In this document: one piece after another, positions 1 through 11,728 of the stretch
Numbering within the stretch: the first letter of the stretch is position 1
How the letters are laid out: every line of letters starts with the position of its first letter
Source: Bispira polyomma
Taxonomy: Eukaryota
Assembly (NCBI GenBank): GCA_965649765.1
Contig: OZ287753.1
Coordinates: 22,382,001 to 22,446,000, forward strand
Reading direction: 5' to 3'
Length of the DNA stretch: 64,000 bases
Program-made: the position numbers and the translations under genes
Notes under the pieces: model-generated
What the model saw: only the letters and a program-made list of their open reading frames with translations
The model's database searches: none
What the model was told of the DNA's origin: nothing

Positions 1-1010
1 TGCTTGTCAAAAATTTATTGGCATTTGCTAAAGACAACCTATGGCCAAAAGTGTAAGTCTAGCATACCAGTACTGATTTATAGAGAAAATGTTGTTTCCA
101 CAAATGAACAAAAGTGTGAGGTATTTAACCAGCATTTTTTCAGGAAGTCAAAACCTCCAAATAATACTAAATTACCTAAATTGCCAGAAATATTGGAACA
201 TACCCCCTACAGCTTATGTTCAATACAGACATCCGAAGAGCAAGTGTACAAAATATTGCGATCCTTAAATAATAATAAGGCAAATGGTCCTGACAATGTG
301 AGTAATAGGTTACTAAAGGAAACATGTGGTGTTATCTCAAAACATTTAAGTGACCTGTTTAACAGCTCTTTATCTCAAGGCAAGGTTCCTAGTTGCTGGA
401 AAGAGCAAATGTATCTCCAGTTTACAAAAGAAAAAATCATAAGCAAGATATAAACAACTATCGGCCAATCTCATTATTGTCAAATGTTGATAAAGTACTG
501 GAACGAGTAGTCTTTTCTCACTTGTATAACTACTATATCCAAAATAATATTTTAACTTGGAGGAACTCCTGCTACAAACCTCGCGACTCCACTATTCATC
601 AGTTCATTGCCATCACACATAAAATTTATAGTGCTTTAGAAAATGGACAGGACTGTTGCTTTCTGTCACTTTCTGTCACTTGATGCCACAGCAGCTTTTG
701 ATCGAGTTTGGTACCCCGGTTTATTGCATAAACTTAAAAAAATGGGAATTGGTGGCACACTGTTTCAGTGGTTAAAAGATTACTTAAAAAATAGGAAACA
801 AAGAGTTGTGATTGGAGGTAAGAGCTCAAATTATATTGACATTAATTGTGGGGTCCCACAAGGGTCTATCCTTGGTCAATTACTTTTCTTAATTTATTTT
901 AATGATATATATAATAGCTGATGATCTTCAGTCTGAAAGCTTTCTATATGCAGATGACACATCTTTGTGTAGGCCAATATCAAGTCCTGAATGTGATTCC
1001 TTGCTTGTAC
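1..1010 (+). mobile_element. Degenerate CR1/L2-group LINE reverse transcriptase fragment
   Basis: Frameshifted ORFs 4-453, 393-683 and 643-921 carry KANGPD, NYRPISLLS, AFDRVW and GVPQGSILG, with YADD (TATGCAGATGAC) near 947. Confidence 0.9.
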
Positions 1011-1352
1011 TTGTGAGTTATCACATATTTTACTGTATGGCACTGGTCTCTTTAAAATTGATCGAACACTATTTGACATAGTACAGTTGTTTATTTCGCA
1101 CACTAATAGGTTCACTATTAATTACATTTTAATGTCACACATGTTACATGTCATCCTATTATTCATCTTTTGTACTATGTAATAATTTCTTGTTTGGCTA
1201 AATTATCACTTAATAGTGTACAGTATTCCTTTTGTACTATATGTTGTTGTTTAACTAAGTAAAATATGTTGTTGTTTTTTTGGACAAGAACCCCAAGTGG
1301 CTTGTAGCTGTGGGTAATTGTCGTTAAATAAATTATGTTTAAATAAAAACAA

Positions 1353-1845
1353 ATTAGTAAATGTGAAGTGTATAACTGTCAGATTAGTAAATATGAAGTG
1401 TATAACTGTCAGATTAGTAAATATGAAATCTATAGCTGTCAGATTAGTAAACGTGAAGTCTATAGCTGTCAGATTAGTAAATGTGAAGTTTAATTGTCAG
1501 CTTAGTAAATATGAAGTCTATAGCTGTCAGATTAGTAAATTTGAAGTATATAACTGTCAGATTAGTAAATTTGAAGTCTAACTGTCAGATCAGTAAATGT
1601 GAAGTCTATAGCTGTCAGATTAGTAAACGTGAAGTCTATAGCTGTCAAATTAGTAAACGTGAAGTCTAACTGTCAGATTAGTAAACGTGAAGTCTATATC
1701 AGATTAGCAAATGTGAAGTCTAACTATCAGATTTGTAAACGTGAAGTCTGACTGTTATATCAGTAAATGTGAAGTCTATAGCTGTCAGATTAGTAAATGT
1801 GAAGTCTATAACTGTCAGATTAGTAAATGTGAAGTCTATAGCTGT
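1353..1845. repeat. Minisatellite with ~30-bp unit (TGTCAGATTAGTAAATGTGAAGTCTATAGC), about 16-17 copies
   Basis: Directly visible tandem array. It explains the repetitive ORF at 1318-1581. Confidence 0.95.
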
Positions 1846-2051
1846 GAACAAAGTAGAATAGTAGAATCTAAATATCCTAGCCTCTGATATCTGAATACTT
1901 GATTATGCAATACAAAATTATATTTTCCTGCCTACTGTTTATAACAAGGTGAACAAAGTAGAATAGTAGAATCTAAATATTCTAACCTCTGATATCTGAA
2001 TACTTGATTATGTAATACAAAATTATATTTTCCTACCGACTGTTTATACCA
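1844..2051. repeat. Tandem duplication with ~105-bp unit
   Basis: GTGAACAAAGTAGAATAGTAGAATCTAAATAT... starts at both 1844 and 1949. Confidence 0.9.
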
Positions 2052-2364
2052 AATTACTAGTCTAAGAAAGACCCATTTATAATCTGAACAAAAACTTATT
2101 CTACCGCCTTGTCTAGATTGGTGGGGTGATGCCTCAGCAGCACCACTCTCAGTTCTGGTACCAGTCTAATGTGGTTAAAATAAAACCACTAGGGGTCATG
2201 GGTGCAAGTATATAAAGCATTGGCACCTGTATGAGCCCCATTATTGAAAATTTTGTTGAGAGGATAAAGTATTTTTACAAGTTTGGGGATTTTTGTGTGT
2301 TTCTACCCTACGAAATTTAAAAATAAAAAAGAACAATAATAAATTCAAAACAATATACCTCATC

Positions 2365-3384
2365 ATGCCTAAAGGAAAGAAATACAACTGTAAAAAATGT
2401 GCAGGGGCTCACGAACGCCCAGTGGGGAAAAATTGTGTTCGAGGACAAAGGCCAGCGCACGTGGTACCTCCTGTCGCCGAAGAAGTGGAATTGACCCTCA
2501 CTGACCATGCTGTGGCTACTAATGACCCCGTAGTAACCAATCAGGTCCTACTACAACTCCAGGCAATTAACCAGAAGATGGACAGCATGGAGGAGCGCGT
2601 TCGTGTCACGGAGGCAGCGCTGTGTGGCCCCAGCACTTCAAAGGTAATTGAAACTACTTCAACACCAATTAACCCTAGCAGTTCTAGTGAGGCAGAGCCC
2701 ATTGTACCCACGCTGGATTACCTGCGCTCGAACTCAGCCCTTCAACTCCAAGTGGACCAGAGATTGCTACAACTTCAGCAATTGAACGAATTGACCAACT
2801 CAGGTAAACTTAAGTCACAGAGGGGAGGGGGGGGGGGCTGATATTCCAATTAAAAAGAGCATAGATTGGCCACAGAACTTTGTTTTGACTGGCAATAAAA
2901 AGTTAGGCCTACATATGATGATCTGTCTTTGGTGCAGTTCACGGCCGGCTTCATTCGGTGTGTTCAGGAACAGAAATCGACGGAAACGCGCGAGGCGATG
3001 CTAGACTACCTAGCCAATCTAATGGATGATGCCCACGACTTCTCGTGGGACGCTGTGAAAGCATCCCACGCAATCCTACTCACTAATATGGAGTTAGATC
3101 GGCTAAAATGGACAGACATGGACAAGGTGGACAGAATCCGCCGAGCCCACGCCCAGCGACACATTCTTGCAGCCGCGAACGCTCCCAGCACTTCGGGATC
3201 TTCTAAAGGAAGCAAATCTCAAGTCAAAAACCAAGGGGTAACTTGCAGATTTTTTCAAGAAGGAACTTACAAATTTACCACCAGCCATAGAACAGCTGGC
3301 CAGCTATTTAAACATGTATGTGAGACCTGTGAGGGTTCTCACCAAACGAAATTGTGTGTCAAAAGATCAGCTACAAAAAACTAG
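2365..3384 (+). pseudogene. gag: gag-like ORF1 of YR retrotransposon 1 (frameshifted near 2830-2905)
   Basis: MPKGKKYNCKKCAGAHERPVGKNC N-terminal CCHC, a coiled-coil, and C-terminal Cys/His motifs. It is colinear with the intact gag of element 2 (14326-15321). Confidence 0.85.
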
Positions 3385-3409
3385 GTATTCACTGCAAAAA
3401 TGCAGTGAA
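3375..3409 (+). promoter_or_regulatory. Putative -1 programmed ribosomal frameshift signal (gag to pol)
   Basis: A AAA AAC (3375-3381) lies directly before the gag TAG, followed by a 6-nt spacer and the hairpin TTCACTGCA-AAAA-TGCAGTGAA (3388-3409). The -1 frame is open (ORF 3354-3836). Confidence 0.7.
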
Positions 3410-6093
3410 AATTCAGAAAAAGGAAAAAATTAAATGTTGTTTTAGAACTAGATACGTGTACAACTCAAGTTTTAAAGGTTATAAGTTGTTGAATGACCAC
3501 TCAAATTATGCATGTGTATATCAGTGTCTTAATAATGTGACTGTGGGCAATTTTGGGAGACAAAGTAAAATAAATTGTCCAAAAAATAAGAATACCAGCA
3601 AAGATTTAACAAAAAACGTTGCTTTATTAAGTTCCCCAGGTAATAAACCTTTTATGTGTTCTCACAAAAAGCACACAGTCGAGGAGTGGGCCCCAGTTAG
3701 TACAGTCGATCCATTGTCCCCAGTGAATCATACTTACAAATTGCAATCGACATGCTGGCTGGGGCCGCCTCCACATATGAAAGGAAAGGGGGGAGTTCGC
3801 CCCCTCCCTCTTTGTAATAGGTTTGAAGTGTTATAGAGTGCAATTGATATGTCTGGGGATGTTGTCAGCACATACAAGCAAATAGAAGACAGGGAGGGCA
3901 ATCACCCCCCCCCCCCTCTTACTGTTAGTATATCTAGTACTTTAAAACCACAATCCCCACGCTTTTTACAAAAGCTAAACACGAGGCCAGTTAGCTTACC
4001 AAATGAGAGAAAGGGGGGTGTTCTCCCCCATCCCACAGCTAGTACATTCAGTATTTTAAAACCACACTATCCATGCTGTGTGGAGCTGTCTCTAGAAACA
4101 GAAATTATGGGGATGGGGTCAATTAACTCACAAACGGGGATTGAAGTACACAGTGGGTGTACTACAGAGTATTCTAATAGTATACAGCCAGACAAATATA
4201 CCCCCGACTTACACAGTGTGGGAAATAATAAAACACACCCTGTGCCGTCTCTAGAAACAGAATGTATAGGGAGAGTTCCAAGTAACTCACCAATGGCGAT
4301 TGAAGGAGACAGTGTATGTAAGGCAGAGAACTCTGATACTATACAGCCAGACAAATATACTTCTGACTTATATAGTGTTAAAAATAACACACAGCCCGTT
4401 CGTGATGCCTCTCACTGTAGTACTTACAAATTGTGGGACAGTCAAAATAAATTAAAATTCGGTTTTATTCCTCTTAGTGAAATGGGGGAAATAATTACTG
4501 ACCACTCCAATGACCAATCCTTATACTCAGATATTTTTCACCTCCACAGAGACCTCAGACAAGATGGCCGTCATAACTACAAAGGATTACAAGTACCTAT
4601 TAAGTCACAACTGAATTATGAAGTATGGGGGACATATCTCAAACAATACTGGGACTGTGAACTCCCCCTGCTAATTAAGTTTGGGTTCCCCTTGACTATA
4701 ATAGGGAACTTAAGGCCAAGTCAGAGCAAATTAACCACCTTTCAGCTAGGCAGTACCCCAGCCATGTGGACCACTACCTCAAGGAGGAATGTGAGATGGG
4801 GGTCATATATGGCCCTTATGATAAACCCCCTATTACTGACTTACATACTTCTCCCTTTATGACCAGAGATAAGTCAAGTTCGAATAACAGGAGGGTCATA
4901 ATTGACCTCAGCTGGCCTGTGGGTGAGTCTGTAAATTCAGCTGTCTCCCCATCTGCTTATTTGAATAAAAATTTCGTACTTACTTACCCCTCCATAGATA
5001 CCATAACCAACCAAGTACTGCAAATGGGAAGGGGATCTTTTATTTTTAAGGCAGATGTAAGCAGGGCTTTCCGACATGTCACCATAGACCCTGGGGATAT
5101 AGATTTACTGGGCCTCTTTTGGAAGGGCTACTACATAGACGGCTCCTTACCTTTTGGGTACAAACATGGGTCTGCCATTTTTCAGAGACTTTCAGATGCC
5201 ATTAGGTTCATCATGCAAGGTGAAGGTCACACTATCTTGAACTACATTGATGACCTCTTATGTTACTCAGTTCCCAGCAAAATATTCCACACATATGAAC
5301 GTTTACAGGCCTTGTTGTCCGAATTAGGGTTAACTCTTAGCGAGAAGAAGTTAGTACCTCCACATACCAGAGTTATATGCCTGGGTATTGTGGTAGATAC
5401 TATGGACTTCACCACCTCCATACCTGAGGACAAATTAAAATCCATCAAAACTATATGCCAGCAATGGGTTAACAAAAAATGGTGTACCAAAACAGAGCTC
5501 CAATCCCTCCTTGGTTCCTTATTGTATGTCTCTAAATGTGTCAGGTATGCTCGGTTCTTCCTCAACAGGATGTTGCAACTCCTCAGAAGCAATACTCATA
5601 GTAAAACATTCACCATAGGTCCTGAATTTTATAAAGATTTACAATGGTTCAGACTATTTCTCGAAAAATTCAATGGGGTATCCTTCTCCTATCACAAACC
5701 CACCACAGCTATGGTAGAACTGGATGCCTGCTTAACGGGCATGGGGGGATATATGCCAGCCAAGTGTACACCCTGGTTATACCAACTGAACTACAATCTC
5801 AAAATATTGCTTCTCTGGAAATGCTAAACATTTTTGTGGCTCTTCAGCTATGGGGGGGCATGTGGCATGCCCAAAGAATACTAATAAAATGTGATAACCA
5901 GGCAGTGGTCAGTGTAGAACACGACGTTGACCTTAAGGTTATCCACATATTAGGTGAAAATAACAGGGTGGCTGACCTGTTATCACGTTGGTCAGATACC
6001 CCTCAAAATCATGCCCAATTACATAACCTGGTGGGCCACACTCAGTGGTGCCATGTCAACCAAGATTACTTACAAGTAAATGACCAGATATAA
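3375..6093 (+). pseudogene. pol: pol (long N-terminal region + RT + RNase H) of YR retrotransposon 1, with a stop, frameshifts and an RNase H deletion
   Basis: RRVIIDLS, DVSRAFRH, LPFG..GSAIFQ, YIDD, ELDAC, LEMLN, CDNQAVV and ADLLSRW are present. About 23 aa are missing after CDNQAVV relative to element 2. Confidence 0.92.
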
Positions 6094-6126
6094 AGTAAAG
6101 TATCCCTGTCGTGTAATGTATTTCAG

Positions 6127-7094
6127 ATGTCACCCCAGTCCAGCGGTTGCTGTTCACCAACGCCTCCAAAAAGCTACCTCTAGCCTTCTGTAGCTCCACG
6201 ACCAGGGCTTATAATGCCATGTACAGGATATTTGTGGCCTTTACTGCCTTCATTGACCAACCCCTTGCCAAAGTCACAGTGGTTGACCTCTTATCCTTTC
6301 TAGAATTGCGACACTATAACTCAGTCAAACCACCCCAAATGGCTAACTACCTGTCGGCCATTAAGGCCAACTCAATCATCCATAATGTGCCAGTACAGGC
6401 TTTTAGTGATCCCAGGATAGCCTACTATCAGAAGGCTGCCCTATTGGCCGCACCATTGCATGTCAAACTCAAGAAGGTCATTGATGTCAGTACTCTAAAA
6501 AATATTGTGTCTATCTGTAATACTACCTACATGGGTCAAGTGTTGAAAGCAGTCTATCTGCTTAGTTTCTTTTCATTTCTAAGGCTTTCAAACCTGGTAC
6601 CACATACGGCCTCACAATTTTCAGCCTTAAAACACCTAGCTGATGTTATGTTTCACCGAGGAAAAGCAATCATTCTGGTCAAATGGTCTAAGACCATGCA
6701 AAATCACAAAAACATTAAATTACTCACAATTCCTCAGCTACCGGATTCCCCCTTGTGCCCTGTCAGGGCCTTGCGGGCTGCTTTAGCTATAACACCTCCT
6801 GGCAACAACTCACCCTTGTTCCAATACAAACTGAATCAGACATGGCTTCCGCTCACTGACACCAGGGTCCGAGGTCATTTCAAAATTGTTCTTACAAAAT
6901 TAGGCCTGGAACACTCAGGGCTTGCCTTCCATGCCTTCCGACGATCAGGTGCCACCTTTGCTTTCAATCACAATGTCAGTATACAGAACATCCAGAAACA
7001 TAGCACCTGGACGTCCGACTGTGTATGGCGGTATGTCACCGATTCTGTTGATGCCGGTCAGCAGGTAGCTAATACTTTCAAGCAGCACCTATAA
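6127..7094 (+). CDS. Tyrosine recombinase of YR retrotransposon 1 (no own ATG; begins at a putative splice acceptor)
   Basis: Open frame with the RHRY tetrad context FLRLSNL, HAFRRSGAT and TWTSDCVWRY. Confidence 0.88.
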
Positions 7095-9619
7095 GGTACC
7101 ACCTTCCCCCTTTTTCTTCTACACTATTGGGGTTTGGGTGCCTCTAGTTAGTGGGATAGGCGTACACCTATCCGGGTATCCAGTATATCCTTTCATACAA
7201 TTAACAAGTTTTGTTAAAACTGAAATGTTGTTGCTTGTGTTCTCAGTTATAAATTGAACCTTGTCGCTTGTATTGTTGCTTGCGTTCTCAGTTGAAAATG
7301 AAATCTTGTTGCTTGTGTTCGGAAGTTAAAAAATTAAATATTGTCACTTGTAATGTTGTTTGCGTTATCAGTAACAAATTCAATCTTGTGGCCTTTGAAA
7401 GTTGAATTAATTTCAACTTTCTATCCATGTATATATATAACTAGTTAAAAACTTGTTGTTGCTTGTGTTCTTTGAAAGTTAACTGAATTATAACTTTCTA
7501 TCCATGTATATATATAACTAGTTAAAGGAAATTATTATTGTGTTCTTTGAAAGTTAACTTAATGTCAACTGTCTATATGTAGAACTACTTAAATAAAATT
7601 ATTCATTTAGGGGACCTTAAGTCCCCCCGTAAAGTCAATTGATTTATGGTAGCCTTAAGTTGCCATTAAGTTATGGTAACCTTAAGTTACCATAAAAACG
7701 TCAAGTTACCATACAAACAGTAGAATAAATATTGAACCGCATATGACAGTGTTACTCAATTTAACCTCTATCTGACCCTGACCCGACTGGTACACATGGA
7801 ACTGTGGTGGGGTGATGCCTTAGCAGCACCACTCTCAGTTCTGGTACCAGTCTAATGTGGTTAAAATAAAACCACTAGAGGTCATGGGTGCAAGTATATA
7901 AAGCATTGGCGCCTGTATGAGCGCCATTATTGAAAATTTTGTTAAGAGGATAAAGTATTTTTACAACCCACCCTTACCCACCCGGTAATTGTCTTTGAGT
8001 TTCCGTCTTATTGTACCACCATCCAAGGTGGCACAATGGTTAGTCATAACCTGGTTCTTCCACTGTGGTATGGTTTTCTGTTAAATCTGTTCCACCACAC
8101 TCATATATGGTTCTTGTAATCTTCATCTGTTACCATTATATGTTATTCCTTGGCCAGTGGCCAGGGTGCTTCTAGTTAGTGGGATAGGCGTACACCTATC
8201 CGGGTATCCAGTATATCCTTTCATAAAATTAACAAGTTTTGTTAAAACTGAAATGTTGTTGCTTGTGTTCTCAGTTATAAATTGAACCTTGTCACTTGTA
8301 TTGTTGCTTGCGTTCTCAGTTGAAAATTAAATCTTGTTGCTTGTGTTCGGAAGTTAAAAAATTAAATATTGTCACTTGTAATGTTGCTTGCGTTATCAGT
8401 AACAAATTCAATCTTGTGGCTTGTGTTCTTTGAAAGTTGAATTAATTTCAACTTTCTATCCATGTATATATATAACCAGTTAAAAATTTGTTGTTGCTTG
8501 TGTTCTTTGAAAGTTAACTGAATTATAACTTTCTATCCATGTATATATATAACTAGTTAAAGGAAATTATTATTGTGTTCTTTGAAAGTTAACTTAATGT
8601 CAACTGTCTATATGTAGAACTACTTAAATAAAATTATTCATTTAGGGGACCTTAAGTCCCCCCGTAAAGTCAATTAATTTATGGTAACCTTAAGTTGCCA
8701 TTAAGTTATGGTAACCTTAAGTTACCATAAAAACCTCAAGTTACCATACAAATAGTAGAATAAATATTGAACCGCATATGGCAATGTTACTCAATTTAAC
8801 CTCTATCTGACCCTGACCCTACTTCACTGGTACACATGGAACTGAATAGAGTTTCTACGGTACTGGTGATAGGATCGCAAACAGTCTAGTCATTGTATGA
8901 TTATAATATTCTAAGTTACTCGAGACACGTTCTACACACAAAGTACTAAATACCACCACCAACCCCAACCCCAACCCCCCCCCCCCCTCAAGTTGGCACA
9001 CATCACACTGATTACACTTTAGTGTTCAGTCCAGTTTCAAATTCTAATAGTCAAAGAAGATTAAGAGAAAAGCAACACAATGAGACAATCAAGTTTCTCC
9101 ACTGTCTATGTATACACCCAGTCATTTCACAGATCAGCATGGTTGTTACATTGTGTTTTCACCTCCCAATACTTGTATCTACTACAGTAACTACTACACA
9201 TCTCCAGTGTAATCAAATTTACCAGAGATGTCTACTATTTTCACTATTGGTGAGAAGTTTAGTTCCTGTAAGGAACTGTATGCTGTAGTCTAGTTTCTGG
9301 TCATTTGTAGTTGTGAAACGTGTCCCGAGTTTACCGTGCTTTTGACACATTGTACGTACCCGAGCTTTTGCCGTATAATATTACCATATCAGAGAGTTTT
9401 AAGACTACATGCTTTTGTTCTCTATGTACATATTAGTATAGTTATAGTTGAAGCATTGTATAAAGAGTTATTTTGAAATCTAACTTTACCTAACTGTTTA
9501 TTTAGATTCGAATCATACCAGTCATAGCAGATGCCATATTTATCAAACTTTACCCCGGTACCAAGTGTGCAATCCATATCTGAAATAAACAATGTACACT
9601 TATCTAATTGAATTAAATA

Positions 9620-9839
9620 TGGTTTTGACGTTGCTTTCAACAGCTTAGGTCATATCAGAAGGGCCAAATTCAATGATGGACAAAACACCAGTGCTAAAGC
9701 CAGTGCGTAAACCACCGATTTACGGCAAACACCTAGTAAACTATCTCATGAAGGAACAAGTAGGATTCGAACCCACATTAGTGAGAGGCCAGTGATTGTA
9801 AAGTAGGCACTTCTATAGTATTAGGCTACCAGAGACCCT
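9620..9839 (-). mobile_element. Degenerate tRNA-derived SINE
   Basis: The minus strand has an A-box-like GGTAGCCTAAT and a B-box GGTTCGAATCC. It shares CACTGGCCTCTCAC with the SINE family at 25822. Confidence 0.6.
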
Positions 9840-10747
9840 ACTAATCCAATTGAATCAGACTTTTATAACACTGTGGGTATGTTTTCATGTACTCAGCTTG
9901 CGGCTTGGTGTTATAGTGCTGGGGCTACATACATATATTTTGGACATAATTGTTAAGTTGAGACTATTTGTCGAAATGACCCTGTCTTATTTCTGGTCGT
10001 CCACTAGTCACATTTGTCAATACAAAATAAATCACTGTAAATTCTTTTTATATTCTTGCATTTCTAAACATTTAGAGATCAAATTTTGGAGACGCCTGTC
10101 AGCTGCTCTTGTAATAATAATTAACTATTAAATATTACTGTATGTTGAAAAGACACACATCAGTGACTCTATGTGAGTGTTTGGAGATAAGACAAGAAAT
10201 AAAAGAAACCCAATTGGGAAATATTAATGTTTTAATTCTATGTTAATAATTCTACATATATGTACATACTGGGTAGGGCCACCTTAAAAGAGTTAAGTGT
10301 GGGCCACTTAAGGTGACCTTAACATAAAATTTTTATGAATTTTGAAATTAGGTTTGGTGTCACTTTATGGTGACCTTTAACCAAGATAAAGTTAATTTAA
10401 GTTGAGATTGTGGTTAATTAAGTTGCCCTTAAATTGATGTAACCACAAGGTTTGGTCATTTAGGTTGACCTTAACTTGAAGTTAACCCAGATTGAGTTAA
10501 ATTTTTGGGGTCACGTATGGTGACTTTAACTGAGGTAAAGTGTAAGAAAGTTAAAAGTTTTTAATTTAAGTAAACTTAAAGTAAAATGAAAGGTATATTT
10601 AAGTATACAATATTTACGTAAAATAGTAAAATAAATGTAATATATAAATATAAGGTGGCCCTAAATATAGACATGTAAAAATTTTAGTATGCAATATGTG
10701 AAAGTTTGTTATAGGAAGCCCCAAACCCCAACTAGTGAGTAGAAAAC

Positions 10748-11722
10748 TACGAAAGGGCTGATTTGAAGGCCAGCGCTACCTGGTCAGTGGTGTTATGATC
10801 CTGATTAATATACCTCCACACACAGTCCGACGTCCAGGTGCCATGAGCCTAGATGTCCTGAATGGGTACATTATGATTGAATGCATAAGTGGCACCTGAA
10901 CGCCGGAAGGAGTGAAAGGTTATGTTTGAGGTTTGACAATGTAGACGAGTAAGAATGGTGTGCAGATTGGTCCTAACTCTTGAGTCTGTAAGTGGGATCC
11001 ATTTTAGATTTAACTTAAACTGAAACAATGGTGAATTATTGGTACCAGGAGTGATGGCAAGCAAGTTTTTTACAGCCCTTACGGGACACAGGGGAGATAG
11101 GCCAAGGTGAGGTAACTTAATAATTCTGATTGTATCTTTGGATTGAAGAGTTTTAGTCCATTTAATGATAATGTGCATGCCAGGAGGTGCAAACAAGATG
11201 TCACCCCTGGCAAGCTGTTGAAGGGGGGAATAGGAAGCCACACTATGTGGAACAAGGTTGGAAATTCTAAGAAAATAATAAAATGCCACCAAATATAGGG
11301 CCTTGAATATCTGGCCCATATATATTGAGTCACATGTGAGGATTATGTCTGTGAGCAGTGGAATATCAATGATGTTTTTTAGCTTTGCCCTAAAAGGTTT
11401 ATTGAGCACTATTGCTTTTTGGTAATATTTAATACGGTGGTCAGCGAAGCAAGAGGTGTAAGCCCGAATAATGCCATTTTTGCTTTTATTGCTGAAAGAT
11501 AGTTGGCAATAGATGAGTTTGAGACATTACTTGTAACCAGCACTTCCAAAAATGCCAGTATGAATAAGGGAGTAATATTTTGTAGTCTAACCTTTGTGAA
11601 GCAGGTGAAAGCAAGGAAAACTCTAAACATATGTGTGTAAGCCTTTTGTGTGGAGGGTCTAAAAGCTTGGTGGGCCCTGGAGGCAGCCTTGGCTGCCACG
11701 GATGCTAGTTGTGGAGGGAGAC
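10748..11722 (-). pseudogene. Tyrosine recombinase of element 2 (one frameshift; premature TAG at 10849-10851)
   Basis: FLRISNL, HSFRRSGAT, then QDI*AHGTWTSDCVWRY. The natural stop is at 10748-10750. Confidence 0.9.
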
Positions 11723-11728
11723 CTACAA

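Larger units (their letters stand above)
2119..8844 (+). mobile_element. Ngaro-type (DIRS-order) tyrosine-recombinase retrotransposon, full length with split direct repeats; ORFs disrupted
   Basis: Repeats are A1 2119-2280, B1 7136-7804, A2 7805-7966 and B2 8164-8844 (A1-ORFs-B1-A2-B2 order). The interior holds gag, RT/RNaseH and YR. No TSD is visible. Confidence 0.93.

Noticed and set aside
1353-1845. CRISPR-like periodic arrays (also 56035 and 58048)
   Set aside because: There are no unique spacers and no cas genes, and the context is eukaryotic. They are minisatellites.
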